Of a DNA stretch of 64,000 nt, positions 1 to 12,499 are shown piece after piece. Position 1 is the stretch's first letter. Every line of letters starts with the position of its first letter. The stretch is from NCBI RefSeq assembly GCF_036588685.1, contig NW_026963290.1, positions 7,626,001 through 7,690,000 on the forward strand, given 5' to 3'. A program made the position numbers and the translations under genes. The notes below the pieces were generated by a model. It did no database searches. It was not told the origin of the DNA and worked only from the letters and a program-made list of their open reading frames with translations. The DNA is from Mytilus trossulus (lineage: Eukaryota).

Positions 1-44
1 TATCCTCAGTTTGATTTAACAGAAGTGATTGAATTTTGTCCTTT

Positions 45-352
45 TGTTTATGCCCCATTTATGGGTACATGTATTATGTTTTCTGGTCTGTGCGTCCGTC
101 TGTCCCACTTCAGGTTAAATTTTTTGGTCAAGGTAGTTTTTGATGAAGTTGAAGTGCAATCAACTTGAAACATAAATATTAGTAGTAACTTTGTGTAATT
201 TTTAAGCCCTACCTACGATAGTAGAGGGGCATTATGTTTCTGGTCTGTACGTCCGTTCATCCGTCCGTCGTACCGTCTGTCTGTTCGTTCATCTGAGGAT
301 CCGTGCATCAGGATTCAGGTTAAAGTTTTTGGTCAAGGTAGTTTTTGATATG
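45..352 (+). mobile_element. Two adjacent truncated copies of a Helentron/HINE (DINE-1-like) non-autonomous element
   Basis: Two related heads (ttttatgcccc... and ttttaagccctacc...ggggcattatgttt(t)ctggtctgt), each followed by a (GTCC/GTCT)n microsatellite and the shared core ttcaggttaaa(g/t)tttttggtcaaggtagtttttgat. The layout matches HINE-type elements; the family assignment is inference. Confidence 0.55.
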
Positions 353-648
353 GTATGATCATTTCTGATAAAACAACTTTCTACTAATTACCAAATTATG
401 TTAATGTTAACAACTTTAGGTCAGTGTGCTTCCTTCATCAATGACCAAAACCCATATTACATATCAAGTTATAAAAGTCCCCAACATGACACAAATGACC
501 ACAAATGTTCATCAAATTTAACGGGAAAACTCATAACCTGATTTTGTATATAAAAAAACTACCAAAAAAAATGAATATGATATCTATAGCAACAAATGAC
601 AATCACTGAAATACAAGTGGCATATACAGATTGGGACTGACATATTTA

Positions 649-871
649 GGGACGACATCAAAAGTTCAATGAAGGATAAAAAACTAAATTCACATAGTTT
701 TTTCACTGACCCCCACCCCCCTCTTAACTTAATTTGGGAAAAAATGATTTACCAATAGGGATATATGTAAAAATCGATTTTAGATATACCAAACTTGTAG
801 AATGTTAACCCGCCACCCCAAACTATTTGATTTAAGTTTTTTATCCTACATCGATCTTTTGATGTCGTCCC
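649..871. mobile_element. PIF/Harbinger-type MITE
   Basis: ~40-bp TIRs (gggacgacatcaaaagttcaatgaaggataaaaaact vs reverse complement of the right end gggacgacatcaaaagatcgatgtaggataaaaaact). TTA target-site duplication at 646-648 and 872-874. Confidence 0.85.
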
Positions 872-2500
872 TTAGAATGTGGCAGGATTAAACATATTTG
901 CCTTACTCCCCCTTTCATAACCTTAGACAATTGAGTAACAGCACAACTTAAAAACACATCTGTACCCTTTCCTTATTTTTTAAAGAAGAAAAAAGGCAAA
1001 GCATAACCCTAATTAGTTTTGTATTATTTTGCTCTTATCCAAATAAATGACTCAAATAAAACTAACCAATTTTGTTTTGTCTTCAATTAATATCAATATA
1101 TCTGGTGATCTGGTATTATAGTGTAACTACAATTGAAAACAATTTAGCAGTTGTAATTACAAATTATATTAATTCTAGAGATAAGTGTTTAAAGAATTGG
1201 TTAATTGGAAAATAAGTACCAATTATAGTAAACTGCTTTTGTAATATTACCCAGTTTTAATATGACCAATAAACAGGATTTCAAATAGAATTTGTGACTC
1301 AGATAGTTATGAAAAACAAGTTAGAGTAAGCCTAATTAACATGTTTCCTTCATGTTATAGATTGGTGCAGATTAAACATGGAAACACATTTGTCTTCATG
1401 AGTAGACAAGTGGTTTATTGGAAAAACCTTGTAATTATCTTACAATTTGTAGTCTAATAGTTCTTTAAGGAAGAAATTATTTTTATTCACTTTATTATCA
1501 GCCTTCTGATTGTAAAATAAAGATTAAAATCATACCCTTAGCTATTGTAATTCGTGAAAGTTAGAAGTCTTGTGTGCTATTTAGGAATTACTTCTTGGTT
1601 CTGGTACAGATGTATTGATCCAATAATTGGGTACATCCTAAAGGGAAATGAAAACAAAATAAAAAAAATAAAAAAACTTTTAACAACAGCTAAATTATTG
1701 ACTAGTTTCAGGCTAGGGTTGAAAATGGCAGACCAATAATAGTCAGCTTATAAAAGGACAATATATGTTAGATCAGTTTTTAGTTTTTTTCACTTTTTCG
1801 TGCTTATATATATTAATTTGATATTTGGTATATATACATTTACCATGATCAAGTTTTAATTGTTTGATTTGGATAGAGTTTATATACTGGTCCTCACACT
1901 GGAAAGTTGACAACCCATGCACATGATTTGCTTTGTATGCATCAGTCTCTGTGCTTCACTCTAAAATGTGAAAGAAACATGCTAACTATCATTTCAGTTT
2001 TCTGGTTAGATCAGCTATTGCTGGAATGGAAATAGAATTCATGATAATTCCCAAGCCTATATTTTATCAACCTTTACTTAACTCCATAACATCTTGTGAT
2101 ATATGGGCACTACAGAATAACGTTTTCCTGTTTTTGTAAAAAGAATCAATTGAAAACAACATTTTTTATGATAAAAAAAACCCTACTCTTTGTTCTGATA
2201 CAAACCCAGTTTCTGTAGTCTAGACATAACTTGAAGGACAGGTAAGGTCACATAAGAACAACATATGAGGATACTGAATGTAAATGAAATGGTTTTGTCA
2301 AATCCTAAATAGGTAATTTTAGATATAGATCAGTAGAAATCTCCCTTTATTTTGAAAAGATATGGAAATTTCTTTTAAAGACTACAAATTGTCGTGGATT
2401 AAGGAAAACTTGCATTCTTGTGGATACCTAATTTTGTGGTTATGCCAATATTTGGCATTCTAACCTATAGAATATTTGTAATTCAGTAAATATTTAAATT

Positions 2501-2620
2501 ACACTCAATCATCTTATCAATGATTGAGTGTAATGTCAGCCATGTAGTTGAGAGGAAAAATAAAGAACTGAAGAAGGCCATTGGCCGAAATGTCTTGAAA
2601 AATTGGTTTATTTAAACAAT
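2501..2620 (+). mobile_element. Short retro-insertion (Penelope-like terminal fragment) with 10-bp TSD, 5' hairpin and decayed hammerhead motif
   Basis: Direct repeat tatttaaatt at 2491-2500 and 2621-2630. Perfect 15-bp inverted repeat at 2498-2512 / 2520-2534. CTGAAGA-A-GGCC-att-GGCC-GAAA-TGTC at 2568-2594. It interrupts an older repeat whose uninterrupted relative is near 3200-3230. Confidence 0.6.
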
Positions 2621-5600
2621 TATTTAAATTTGTGTTCTCAAAATCAAAGAAAAATGGTATCCAACTATAATAATGAATCCATGTAGTAAGCATACCTTCT
2701 TTATTGATTGTTTTGGATGATATGAAAGGGTTTTGGCAGGTTATAGTTTGAGCTAAGGGTCTGACGCAAGATATTTTACAAACATTTACATCTTTGTAAA
2801 AACAAAAAAAATGTTACTGCAGCAAAGTATTTTTCTGGGTAAAGCCTTCACTCAAATCAAATTATGTTTTGATGAAATGACCGAATCTCAAAATAATGTT
2901 ATTTATGCAGTTTTTGCAGATTTGCACTGTATTCAAAAGTTTGAAGCCTTAATACTGCAAAAAGACATGAAAAAATGTATCTGAGAATAATGTAATGTAT
3001 TCATTATACATTATAAGGATTTAATCAGTAGATTATGATATTAACTGATTTTTGATTCCAGGGGGAAAAAAAGTGGCATATTGTGAATTCATTTATTTTT
3101 GTGGGTACATATTTTGTGGATAAATGAAAACTTGGATTCTCCTGGATACTTATTTTCTTGGTGATGCCTATACTGGCATACAAGCCTATAGAGTAACTGT
3201 AATTCAATGAACATTTAAATTCGTGTTCACAAAATTTTGACATTGGCATATATTCTTGGTTATATCGTACATACAGGCTCCCTTAGAGCCTCTTATTTTT
3301 CTACTGTTTTTTTTCTACCTATTGGTACCTGTAGATTCTTGATAAAGGTGATTAAATAGTTAAGATAAGGTTGTAGAGTGCCAATAGTTGACATTGGCAT
3401 ATATGTTTGTTAAAATTGTACATACATGCGCTTTGAACCTCTAATTTTGTTTCTACTGTTCTTTCCACCTTTGTAGTTGTAGACATATTGTAGATGGATT
3501 CATGTTTTGACAGATCTCATTTTTAATACTCTTCAAATGATGAATGAAAACATATTTGACATCAAGTGACGAGTAAATAATCTAATAATATATCCTATGT
3601 GATATCTGTTTAACGTATGAATAGATTGGATACGATTTGTTTATTGGTCACAGGGGTGACAATAACTAATAAAAGATGACAGAATTTACAGTTGAAACAT
3701 CATCCAGATATAGTGCTTTCAACACATTAATTCATCTTCACAAGCTTTTGATAGATTTATTATTGCTGTGCCTATAGGAGAAAAATGTCTAAAACATACC
3801 ATGGGATATATGGTTATTGATGAACTTGTAGGAATTCATTAGTAAATTTGTTGCTATGAATATACTTTTTGAAATTTTGTTTTGTGAAGGTTCTGTAAAA
3901 AATGGAAGATTTTGAAACTACATTTGGAATGATAAATTAGTATTATGGGATTCCACATTGTATAATCAAGCTCAATGCACATTTGCATGTGTATATAAAA
4001 AAAAACTATTTATAAAAATAAATGTGGGTGTTTCAATGTCATTAAATTCTAACTGAACAAGAAAGACTGCTTATCATTGATAACTGTTATCATTGTTTAT
4101 TTTACTAAATTTTTAATTGACATGAATAATACTAATAATGATATTGAAAAGGATACATGCTTCAAAAGCTCTTGGTTTTCAAGCAATCAGAGTTTTTTTA
4201 TTTATATAAAAAAAATTCACACATCCTCTGACAAAACTATGATAGCATAGAAATTTGTCTTACATTGCACATTTTGTTAATACAGTATCTCTGGTAAAAG
4301 GTTAGAATTGTTTTAACAAGTATATAGATTTTTGTTAAAATATAGGAAGAAAGAAATTTGGCAAAAGCCTTCTAAGGAAATGGGATGCAAACCCAAAACA
4401 ACACTAACAATTAAAATGACATATATTGGTTATTAGTTTACATGGTCTCCTCAAGATAGACACATGTCCAGCTCTAAAATTCTAAAAAGTTGTGACTAAA
4501 TTAAAAGGAGACTAATTTAAATTAGATTTTTTTTTGCCATGTTTTTATTTTTTGAGAATTTGGACAGGAGATGTGTTGTTATTCAGAATTCACTGTTCAT
4601 CAAAATGGAATAATTTGAGAAATGAATTGCACTGTTTGAGCATATTATTGTGTAAGATTTCAACCCTCCCCCTTTTTCAATCTTGAACAGTGGATCAACA
4701 ACATGTAAACAGGAGAATGTATAACAAAATTCAGTTAAAATTAATATAAAATAACGTATCATATTGGATTATGATAAGATAATAATTTTGGTGCATAGTT
4801 GCTAAGTATTTGGGAGATTCCCTAGAACAAAATTCTATCAAACTTTTCTTTGAATAGTACCCAGCAACCATATTATTTTTAAAAAGAACCCCAAGAAAAG
4901 TAACTGTATGTTGAATTTGTTTTGAGAAAAGAAAGTTTTTTGTAGAGTAAAACTGAGGTTAAGTAAGAGTGGTATGACCATTTTATAATATAGTTTTGCA
5001 TTCCTTTGGACTTCATGACATATAAAGTTATGTTTTATATTTTCAGGCTCACAAGATGCTGATGTTTTTCTTTGACAAGTTGATTCCTGGAGGACAATGT
5101 GAAATATTATCAAAACATCATTCCACAGAATAAGACGTGGCTAGAAAAATATTCACTTACATGCTGAAAAAGGATTAACAGACGTTTATTTTGTTGTTAT
5201 ATCATATTTTTTGGGGGGCTAGCATTTTCATTTTTAGAAGATTTTTTTTTTTTTACACAGATTGCACAATTGAATACATTAATTGTAACACTAAACCTCA
5301 TTTCACTAAACGTCATTATGTTATCCATTGATCTGTGTTTCAACAGATTTTGATTTAGATTTGAATTTTATTTCTCTTTATTTATTGATTTCCATATTTT
5401 TGTTGTACATAAGTGAAGTCTTGGTTCTATGTGTATCATCTTACTTTACTTCACTCAATAAGGTTCTTTAAATGTCCAAACAACTAGATGACATGCGCTA
5501 TTGTTTTTCTTTTATTATTTTAGCGTAAACCAGTCTTTTCCTTTGAATTGTTTCACATTTTGTCATGGCTGGGCAGTATAAACTTAATAAACTGTATGCA

Positions 5601-6427
5601 TTTTGCTCATTGTTGAAAGCTGTATAGTGCTTACATCCTTTTGTGTCTGGTAGATAGCTGTCATCAATCATTCCACAACCTTTGTATTCTTATATACATG
5701 TATTGAGACTCACATATATTTAGCTAAAAGTATGTATAACATACAGTTCATAGTTCATTCAAGTCTGTTTCTTAATTGCATTATATCCTGAGTGATCAAG
5801 TGGTCTCTTTACTGTACTTGATGTACATATCCACATTTAATGTTGTGCTTGAAACCAAAATATGTGAAGATCCAAACTATAAGTTTTGAAGAGCTGATTT
5901 ATCTCCAAAAGGACCAAAATAACATTGTATTGATATCATGATGTAGCTTAATTTCTCAAATAGTACTTTTTGAAATTCTGATAAAATTTCTTATATTTTT
6001 ATTTAGTATTATTGCTTCTTTTTGAAACAATGGCAGTTTTTTGTTTTGACTTTTGCTAAGTTTATCAGATCAGGTATTTTTTTCATTCATTGGTTATAAT
6101 ATGTTCAAAAGTTATGTTTGTTATTGAATTCCTGTCATGAGCATTTTTATGTTTTGATTACAAAAAGCAGTAGTGATCAGTCATATTTCTGTTATACAAA
6201 GGCAAGAGTATTGTATATAAAATTCTATTCAAATTTAATCAATTATTTTTGTGGTATTGCTTGAAATTAGTGACTAATTTAAGCAAAGACTGCAATACCT
6301 TATTTTTTTTTAATGAAAATTGATGTTTCCTTAATTTAAAGAATTAAACTGAAAACAAGGCTATGAAGATATTTACAGATCTCAGTACCACCATGAGAAA
6401 ATTAAGGAGATTTCTTGATAACTGCTT

Positions 6428-6517
6428 TGCTCTAAGTTTCTGTGACAAGTGTTTGAGTGCTCTAAGTTTCTGTGACAAGTGTTTGAGTGCTCTAAGTTTC
6501 TGTGACAAGTGTTTGAG
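6428..6517. repeat. 30-bp tandem repeat, 3 perfect copies
   Basis: tgctctaagtttctgtgacaagtgtttgag x3. Confidence 0.95.
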
Positions 6518-6951
6518 AAAAACATTCTGATTTTAAGTTTATGAACTCTGAAGGAGTGTCGCTAGTTAATAACTGTTTTAGTTATTGCACATAAAATACA
6601 ATTTCTGGTTCTATTGGATCTTTACTGACTGTATGCATTAATATATATATTTTTTTATTATGTTTATTCAAAAATATAATGACTATTTGCATATATAAAT
6701 GTGACAACCTAATTTCAGTATGCTAAACTTTTATAAAACACTGTTCATCTCAAAGAAACCTGTTGTTTATTCTGTGATATAATTTATTTACATATGATTA
6801 TTTATTTTTTTTCTGGAATAAATTATTTGAAAGTTATTTTTTATACAACTTTAATATCTATATTTTTATGTATTATCTAGGATTACTGAATGACCTAAAT
6901 GATATTAGCTATATGTATGCATTATTTTGGGGAACTTCTTATTAAGAAATT

Positions 6952-7015
6952 GATCTAAATATAGAGAAGATATTATCAATTTGGATCTAAATATAGAGAA
7001 AATATTATCAATTTG
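6952..7015. repeat. 32-bp tandem duplication
   Basis: gatctaaatatagagaa(g/a)atattatcaatttg x2. Confidence 0.9.
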
Positions 7016-9145
7016 AAGTCATCTAGAAATTTGAGGTCTTAAAAAAAATTTGTTAGATGGCTGTAATTATTAAAATCAAAAACATAATCTATAGTTTTGT
7101 AATTATGTCCCACCTACAAGAGGGATAGGGAGTCAGACTTATGTTTTTCCCTTATAAAACAAATGTATTTTAAATAATGCTAGGAAAGATTGTCACATAA
7201 ATCTCCTTCCTAGAATATCACTATAACGATTAAATGTACTAGGAAGAGTTATTTTATCTTTATCTGCTACATATGATATATTGCATTTTCAATCCTTAAA
7301 AACTATATGATTTAATTGTATTCCAATCCTTCCTTTGATTACACAGACTCTTCATTAGACAATCTGCTGAGTGGTATTGTATTTATCATTAAAATTATAT
7401 TCTGTAATAATACTACGGTGTTAGCTGAAATCTCAGGGTGCGACAACCTAAAGTGCATGAAATTGATTCCAAATGATGGTAGGTTGGCACGATATTCTAT
7501 GCTGGTAGAAAACTTTCATAAGCTGATAACAATGTGTACTGTTATAAACACTATTGTGTTTCATTTAAATGTTTCTCATGATTTAACTTACTTTCAAAGC
7601 AACATGTGTTCTGAATAATATTGTCTAATGTATAACAATTACCCAAGTTTCCAAAGTAAAACTGCTGAAAGAAAATAAATTAAGTGGCATTGAACATTTT
7701 GTGAACTGAAATTTAAAAAAAAGTAATGTTTATTATTTAAAGTTTACTCAATTCCTGACATATTTCAAACCATACACTATAATATTCTTAAATATTGAGA
7801 TCTGAAATTAGTCATTTTCTTCATAAAACATTGCATGGATTTTTGAATTTACAGCTCTTTTTATTTAAAACAGTAAATGTCTATATATTGACTTGAATTT
7901 TGTCATGTTGACAAGGCATTAAACCAAGTATATATTAATGATTGTTATTTGTATGTTTTTGTTTTATTTCTATGCTAATTCTGTATTTATGATTTGCACT
8001 GTACAGTACATAGTTAGTTGTTTTAAACCAGTTTTCACATAGAATTTTTATATCATTTTGAATTGTGCGTTTTTCTCTCTCTCTCCCCCTCTTTTATTTT
8101 CCATCAATTATTATTACTTGCACAAGAATATTATTATTTGTTGACCAGGATAGCCCAATGTGTTGAGCATGGAAGGGGTGGGAGACCAATATGACCAGAA
8201 TTGATATGTTAATTAATAATGTATCAGAATTCCTATATATTTAAAGGCATACTATAGTCCTCAAAATTAGCATAGGACATATAGGACATGGTCTAAAAAA
8301 TAAATTCTGTCCTGTCGATTTTTATGAATTTAGTAAAACATTCCTAAGAAAAATTCAGTCCTATAAAAATCAAACCCCAATTTGTATAACTGATTATAAA
8401 TGACAAACCATTGTTGTTCAGATGGGTTTGGTTTTCATGGATTTCTTGTAAGTACAGATGAACCAAACACATGCATGTGTATAACAATATAAAAGTTTCC
8501 TATATAGGCATAAATGCAGAATTTTTCAAAACCAATGAAGTGATGTATCAAGGAAAACTTGTTTTAAAACATTCCTCAAGTTTGTATGTAACCGTCCACT
8601 TTATCAATGATCTCTGTTTTGAAAAATTCCATCCATTACTTATTGTTTACATTTTATATATTGAGTTGTGTGATAAAAGTTACATATATTTATTAATAAA
8701 CATTTCTTGAAGATATTTTCTATATTTTTACATGCATTGTGAAACAACAATTCATAAATACTTACTTTTTTTAAAGTTCCAATGTCTAGACATACCTGTC
8801 ATGATTCTGGTAAAATTAAAACATATGATACTGGTTTGAGAGCACATGTCACATGTGTCTAGAAATCTGAAAAGACAATGATATGCGTTCATTACTACGA
8901 TTACATATAGGCTCACTCTACTAAATCAAGGATGAATAATGAATGGAAAGAAACTAGGGTATGTCTCAATGAAATGAGGATACATTTAACATAGAATACC
9001 AATTATCAAATTAAACACATTTGCTTACACATAACAACATTAACATTGAAGGATCGTATGACAAATGGCAAAATTGTAAAACACCAGCAAACAAACCAAC
9101 ATGGGTTCTGTATTAATTATTGAGTAGTGCTGTAGCAGATATTGA

Positions 9146-9449
9146 AAGAGGGACAAAAGAAAACAGAGGGACATGCAAACTCATAGATTGAAAACAAACT
9201 TACAAGGCCATGGCTTAAAAAGAAAAAGGACAAACGTTCAAATAATAGTACACTAGACACAACATAGAAAACTAAAGACTTAGCCAAAAACTAGGGATTA
9301 TCTCAGGTGCTCCGGAAGGAAAGCAGATCCTGCACATGTTGCACCTGTCGTGTAACTCATATTATTACAAAGCCGGTGAATAATCTAATTCGATAGATCG
9401 TATTCGTGAAAAAAGATCGGGATTGCAGTTATGACATAAGGAACATAAG
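9146..9449 (-). mobile_element. 3' UTR fragment of the Penelope-like retroelement family also found at 11643-12285
   Basis: Homologous to 11643-11960 (aaagagggacaaaaga...tctcaggtgctccggaagg...agcagatcc). Further fragments lie at ~42585-42665, 50630-50780, 51300-51465 and 55820-56015. Confidence 0.75.
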
Positions 9450-9800
9450 GTGACTAGCAATTATGTTTCACAAGAATATCCAGGTTTTACTCCGTGTTTG
9501 AGAGACGTGAATGTTTTATGCAAGATGTTCTTTCATGTAATGTGTTCTAGTAGTTTGAAAGACATATTAGTTAATGAAACTGGTCTATTAAAGTGAGCTA
9601 CGTGTTTACCTCCAATTTTGCATACACAAAAGATGTTTCTATTGACCAGTTTTCAGGCAGTATTCCAGTGGCTATTGATGTTTGACATTTCTTGTACATT
9701 TATTCTATTATCCTGTTTCTGTCTTATTTTTGTTGCTGTTATTGTAATCGCTTCTTATGGGTTGTCTACGATGATTTGTGCATTTGAATGAGTTGAACGG
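9450..9800 (-). mobile_element. Decayed CR1/L2-group LINE reverse transcriptase, N-terminal RT region
   Basis: The minus strand reads QTSIATGILPENW...KIGGKHVAHFNRPVSLTNMSFKLLEHI...KHGVKPGYSCET*LLVT. This matches the CR1-group consensus SL.TG.LP.DW...KKG.K....NYRPVSLT...KLLEHI...QHGFR.G.SCETQL. Stops and frameshifts are present. Confidence 0.8.
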
Positions 9801-10417
9801 ATGTACTTATTTCCATGGTTTTAGTTTGAACTCCTTGTCAATTCAGTTATTTGCGACTGACATTGATTCCTAGTTTCTATCGGTACAGTCTAAAGTCTTT
9901 AGTTAACATGGTACGTGTGTGCCTACTCATTGTCATTCGGGTTTTTTTTTAAGTCATCTAGGCATTTCCATTTGATATTTAGCATGTAAAACGACCCTTG
10001 AGTATATTTTACTTTTATGTATACTTGCAATAACTATTTAGTTGTAACCAGTAATTGTGACTAGGCTTGATTGTTCTACTAATGTCTTTGTGTAAGAGGA
10101 CAGACGTCCTATTTTTGCCATTTAAGCAAGGATTCTTTTCCACAAAAAAAGTCAGGAATTAATGCTTTAGATTATGTTGTCTTGTCTTTTATGATTCTGC
10201 ATTTGAATCTAAGTAAATACTCTATGGTTCTTTTTTTCATTAAAGTTAAATATGTTATTACTTTGTGTTTCTACTGTAAATTGCTTGAAGTTGATGGTTG
10301 TGTTTTGAGTCTCTGACTGCTAATATTTAGTCGACTAAATACATTTGATAACATAGTTTCGAATGAAATTTCATGTGTGAGCACAGTTCCTATGTTGCCA
10401 TTTATCACATTCGTCAC

Positions 10418-10461
10418 ACTTCACTGAAGAGACATGTATTGTCGAAATGCGCATCTGGTGC
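10418..10461 (+). ncRNA. Minimal type I hammerhead ribozyme motif (Penelope-like element end)
   Basis: CTGAAGA (10424-10430), stem II GAC-atgtatt-GTC, GAAA (10444-10447), palindromic stem III ATGCGCAT, AUC cleavage triplet ending 10455. Stem I is imperfect (cttca/tggtg). Confidence 0.7.
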
Positions 10462-10487
10462 AAGAAAATTGGTACCGTTAATTTTAT

Positions 10488-10984
10488 CACAAGCTAATTT
10501 TCACGTAAATTTAAATTCATGTGAATCTTACATGAAATTCACATGAAATTCAGGTTAATCTCACATGAAAATTCACGAGAATCAACTCAAACAAGCTTAT
10601 CCGTGAAACTCACATACAATTAGTTTATGTGAGTTCCACATGAATCTTATGTGAAACTCACTTGAATTAAACGTGAAAACCACACGAATATATTTTGCGT
10701 GAAATTCACATAATTTTTCAAATAAAGTAATTCAAATAACATTTAAATTTCCAAATTCAATTTAAATCATGAAAAATACATATTTTTTTTTTGAAAGTTC
10801 ACATAAAATTCATGTGAAAAAAATCACGTGAGAATCATGTGAATCTCGATTCATGTGAAAATCACATGAATATCTTCACGTGAGTTTCATGTATAAGCTC
10901 GTTTGAGGTGAATCTCACGTGAAAATTTTCACGTAAATTTCATGTGAGATTCATGTGAAATTCATGTGAGAAAATGTGCCTGTG
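10488..10984. mobile_element. Non-autonomous DNA element built from palindromic TTCACATGAA/TTCATGTGAA subrepeats
   Basis: Dozens of ttcac(a/g)tgaa motifs in both orientations around an AT-rich spacer. Imperfect 15-bp TIRs (cacaagctaattttc vs cacaggcacattttc). No TSD is visible. Confidence 0.65.
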
Positions 10985-11642
10985 TAGACACCATCCTATT
11001 TCCGTGTAACATGTTTCAATATTACCTCCATGTATAAGTAGGAGTATTGTGATGTGTTCTTTAACATTGAATGCAGTTGGTAATTATTTTGGTCTTCTGT
11101 CTATTGTTCACATGCTGTTATTTAATTCACATTTACTATTGTTCTTATGATTTTCTTTTTTAAAATTCATTGGATTTAAGGACCGATATTGTTTTTCCGT
11201 TAAATTTTTTTTGCAATTCCGAAAATTACACGCAAATGATTCTAAATTTGGTCATAATTATAGAAATGTGACATCGTGGCTCATAAATTACTTGATTAAA
11301 AATTAAATATGTCAGTTTTCATAAAAAAAAGAAAGCTTTATCACGAAATCTATTTTGAATATAAGTATTTCAGGAAAAAAAGGCACTTTTGCATCAACTA
11401 AAAAAATATTTAAATCAGATAAAAGAAGATTATGAAAAAAAATGCAATCTGTTGCTACTGGATAGGCAGTCGTTAAACACCCCCGTAGTCAAAGCTTTAA
11501 AGAATATTCTTCATTCATATTGGTAGTATGGAGACGAACTACTCCTATCATGAGATGAATAAATGCTCCAATCTGTCTGCATCACCAGTGGGTATGTACT
11601 GCGAAAGTTAATTTGTCAGCAATCGGGAAAATGAATTATATA

Positions 11643-12285
11643 AAAGAGGAACGAAAGATACCAGAGGGACAGTCAAGCTCATAAATCGAAAATAAACTGA
11701 CAACGCCTGGCTAAAATGAAAAAAGACAAACCAACAATAGAACATATAACACAACATAGAAAACAAAAGAAAAAGCAATACGTACCCCATGCATCAAAAA
11801 CTAGGGGTGATCTTGGGTGTTATGGAAGGGTAAGCAGATCATGCTCCACATGTGACACCCGTCGTGGTGCTTATGTTATTACAAATTCGGTAAATGGTGT
11901 AATTCGGTAGGTCACATTCTTGAAAGGGAAGGGGATTGTAGGTACGACGTAAGTAGCATATTTGATATCCTTTGTGAAACGGTTATTCCATAACGGTCAA
12001 CCAACTCGTGATAGCGTCCGTAAAATTAACAAAGGGATGATTTAAACTTTGGGATTCTTGGTTTTTAAAATAGCTTCCTTATCAGCAGCAACCCTCTATC
12101 CAGAAAATCATGAAATGAAATGCAAGCACGGGAATAGTGCATCAATTGTGATATTTATACCCCGTTTGCAGGTGCTACTGGAATGTTGCTACTTAGAAAT
12201 GGAAAGTTCACAATTGGAAAGCTGAAATCATTTTTTTATGTCGTAAAGTTTTGTTTTCAACCGACCCTCATTGTCAATTTCTGCT
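11643..12285 (-). mobile_element. 5'-truncated Penelope-like retroelement: RT C-terminal (thumb) region plus 3' UTR
   Basis: The minus strand at ~12281-11950 reads EIDNEGRLKTKLYD...DFSFPIVNFPFLSSNIPVAPANGV*ISQLMHYSRACISFHDFLDRGLLLIRKL...FYGRYHELVDRYGITVSQ. This matches the YDKRDDF.F.IVNFPFLSSNIP..PAYGVYISQL.RY.RAC signature of PLE-type RTs, with frameshifts. Confidence 0.75.
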
Positions 12286-12499
12286 TTTAGAATTTTAATA
12301 AGTTTATCTTTCTATTCTTCATTCCTTGTACACTTTATTCAAACCTTTGTCGGACACTTTCGGAATCATCTTAAAATTTCACTAATGGTTTTAAATAGTG
12401 GTTAATCATATCGATGACAATTAATTCTAAACTGGATCTCATTTACGTTTGAGCATGGTTTATATAATTGCAGACCTACTCATCATTAGTCGGATAGAA

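Larger units (their letters stand above)
5047..8705 (+). other. Putative terminal exon (short coding tail plus long 3' UTR) of an unidentified upstream gene
   Basis: Strong acceptor ttttatattttcag ending at 5046, then a short open tail (xSQDADVFL* ending 5075, or AHKML...STE* ending 5133). It is followed by AU-rich, CpG-poor, nearly TE-free sequence ending near AATAAA at 8695-8700. Confidence 0.35.

Noticed and set aside
1990-2245. Possible internal exon of the upstream gene (donor acag|gtaagg at ~2241)
   Set aside because: No convincing open frame or protein similarity between plausible acceptors and this donor.
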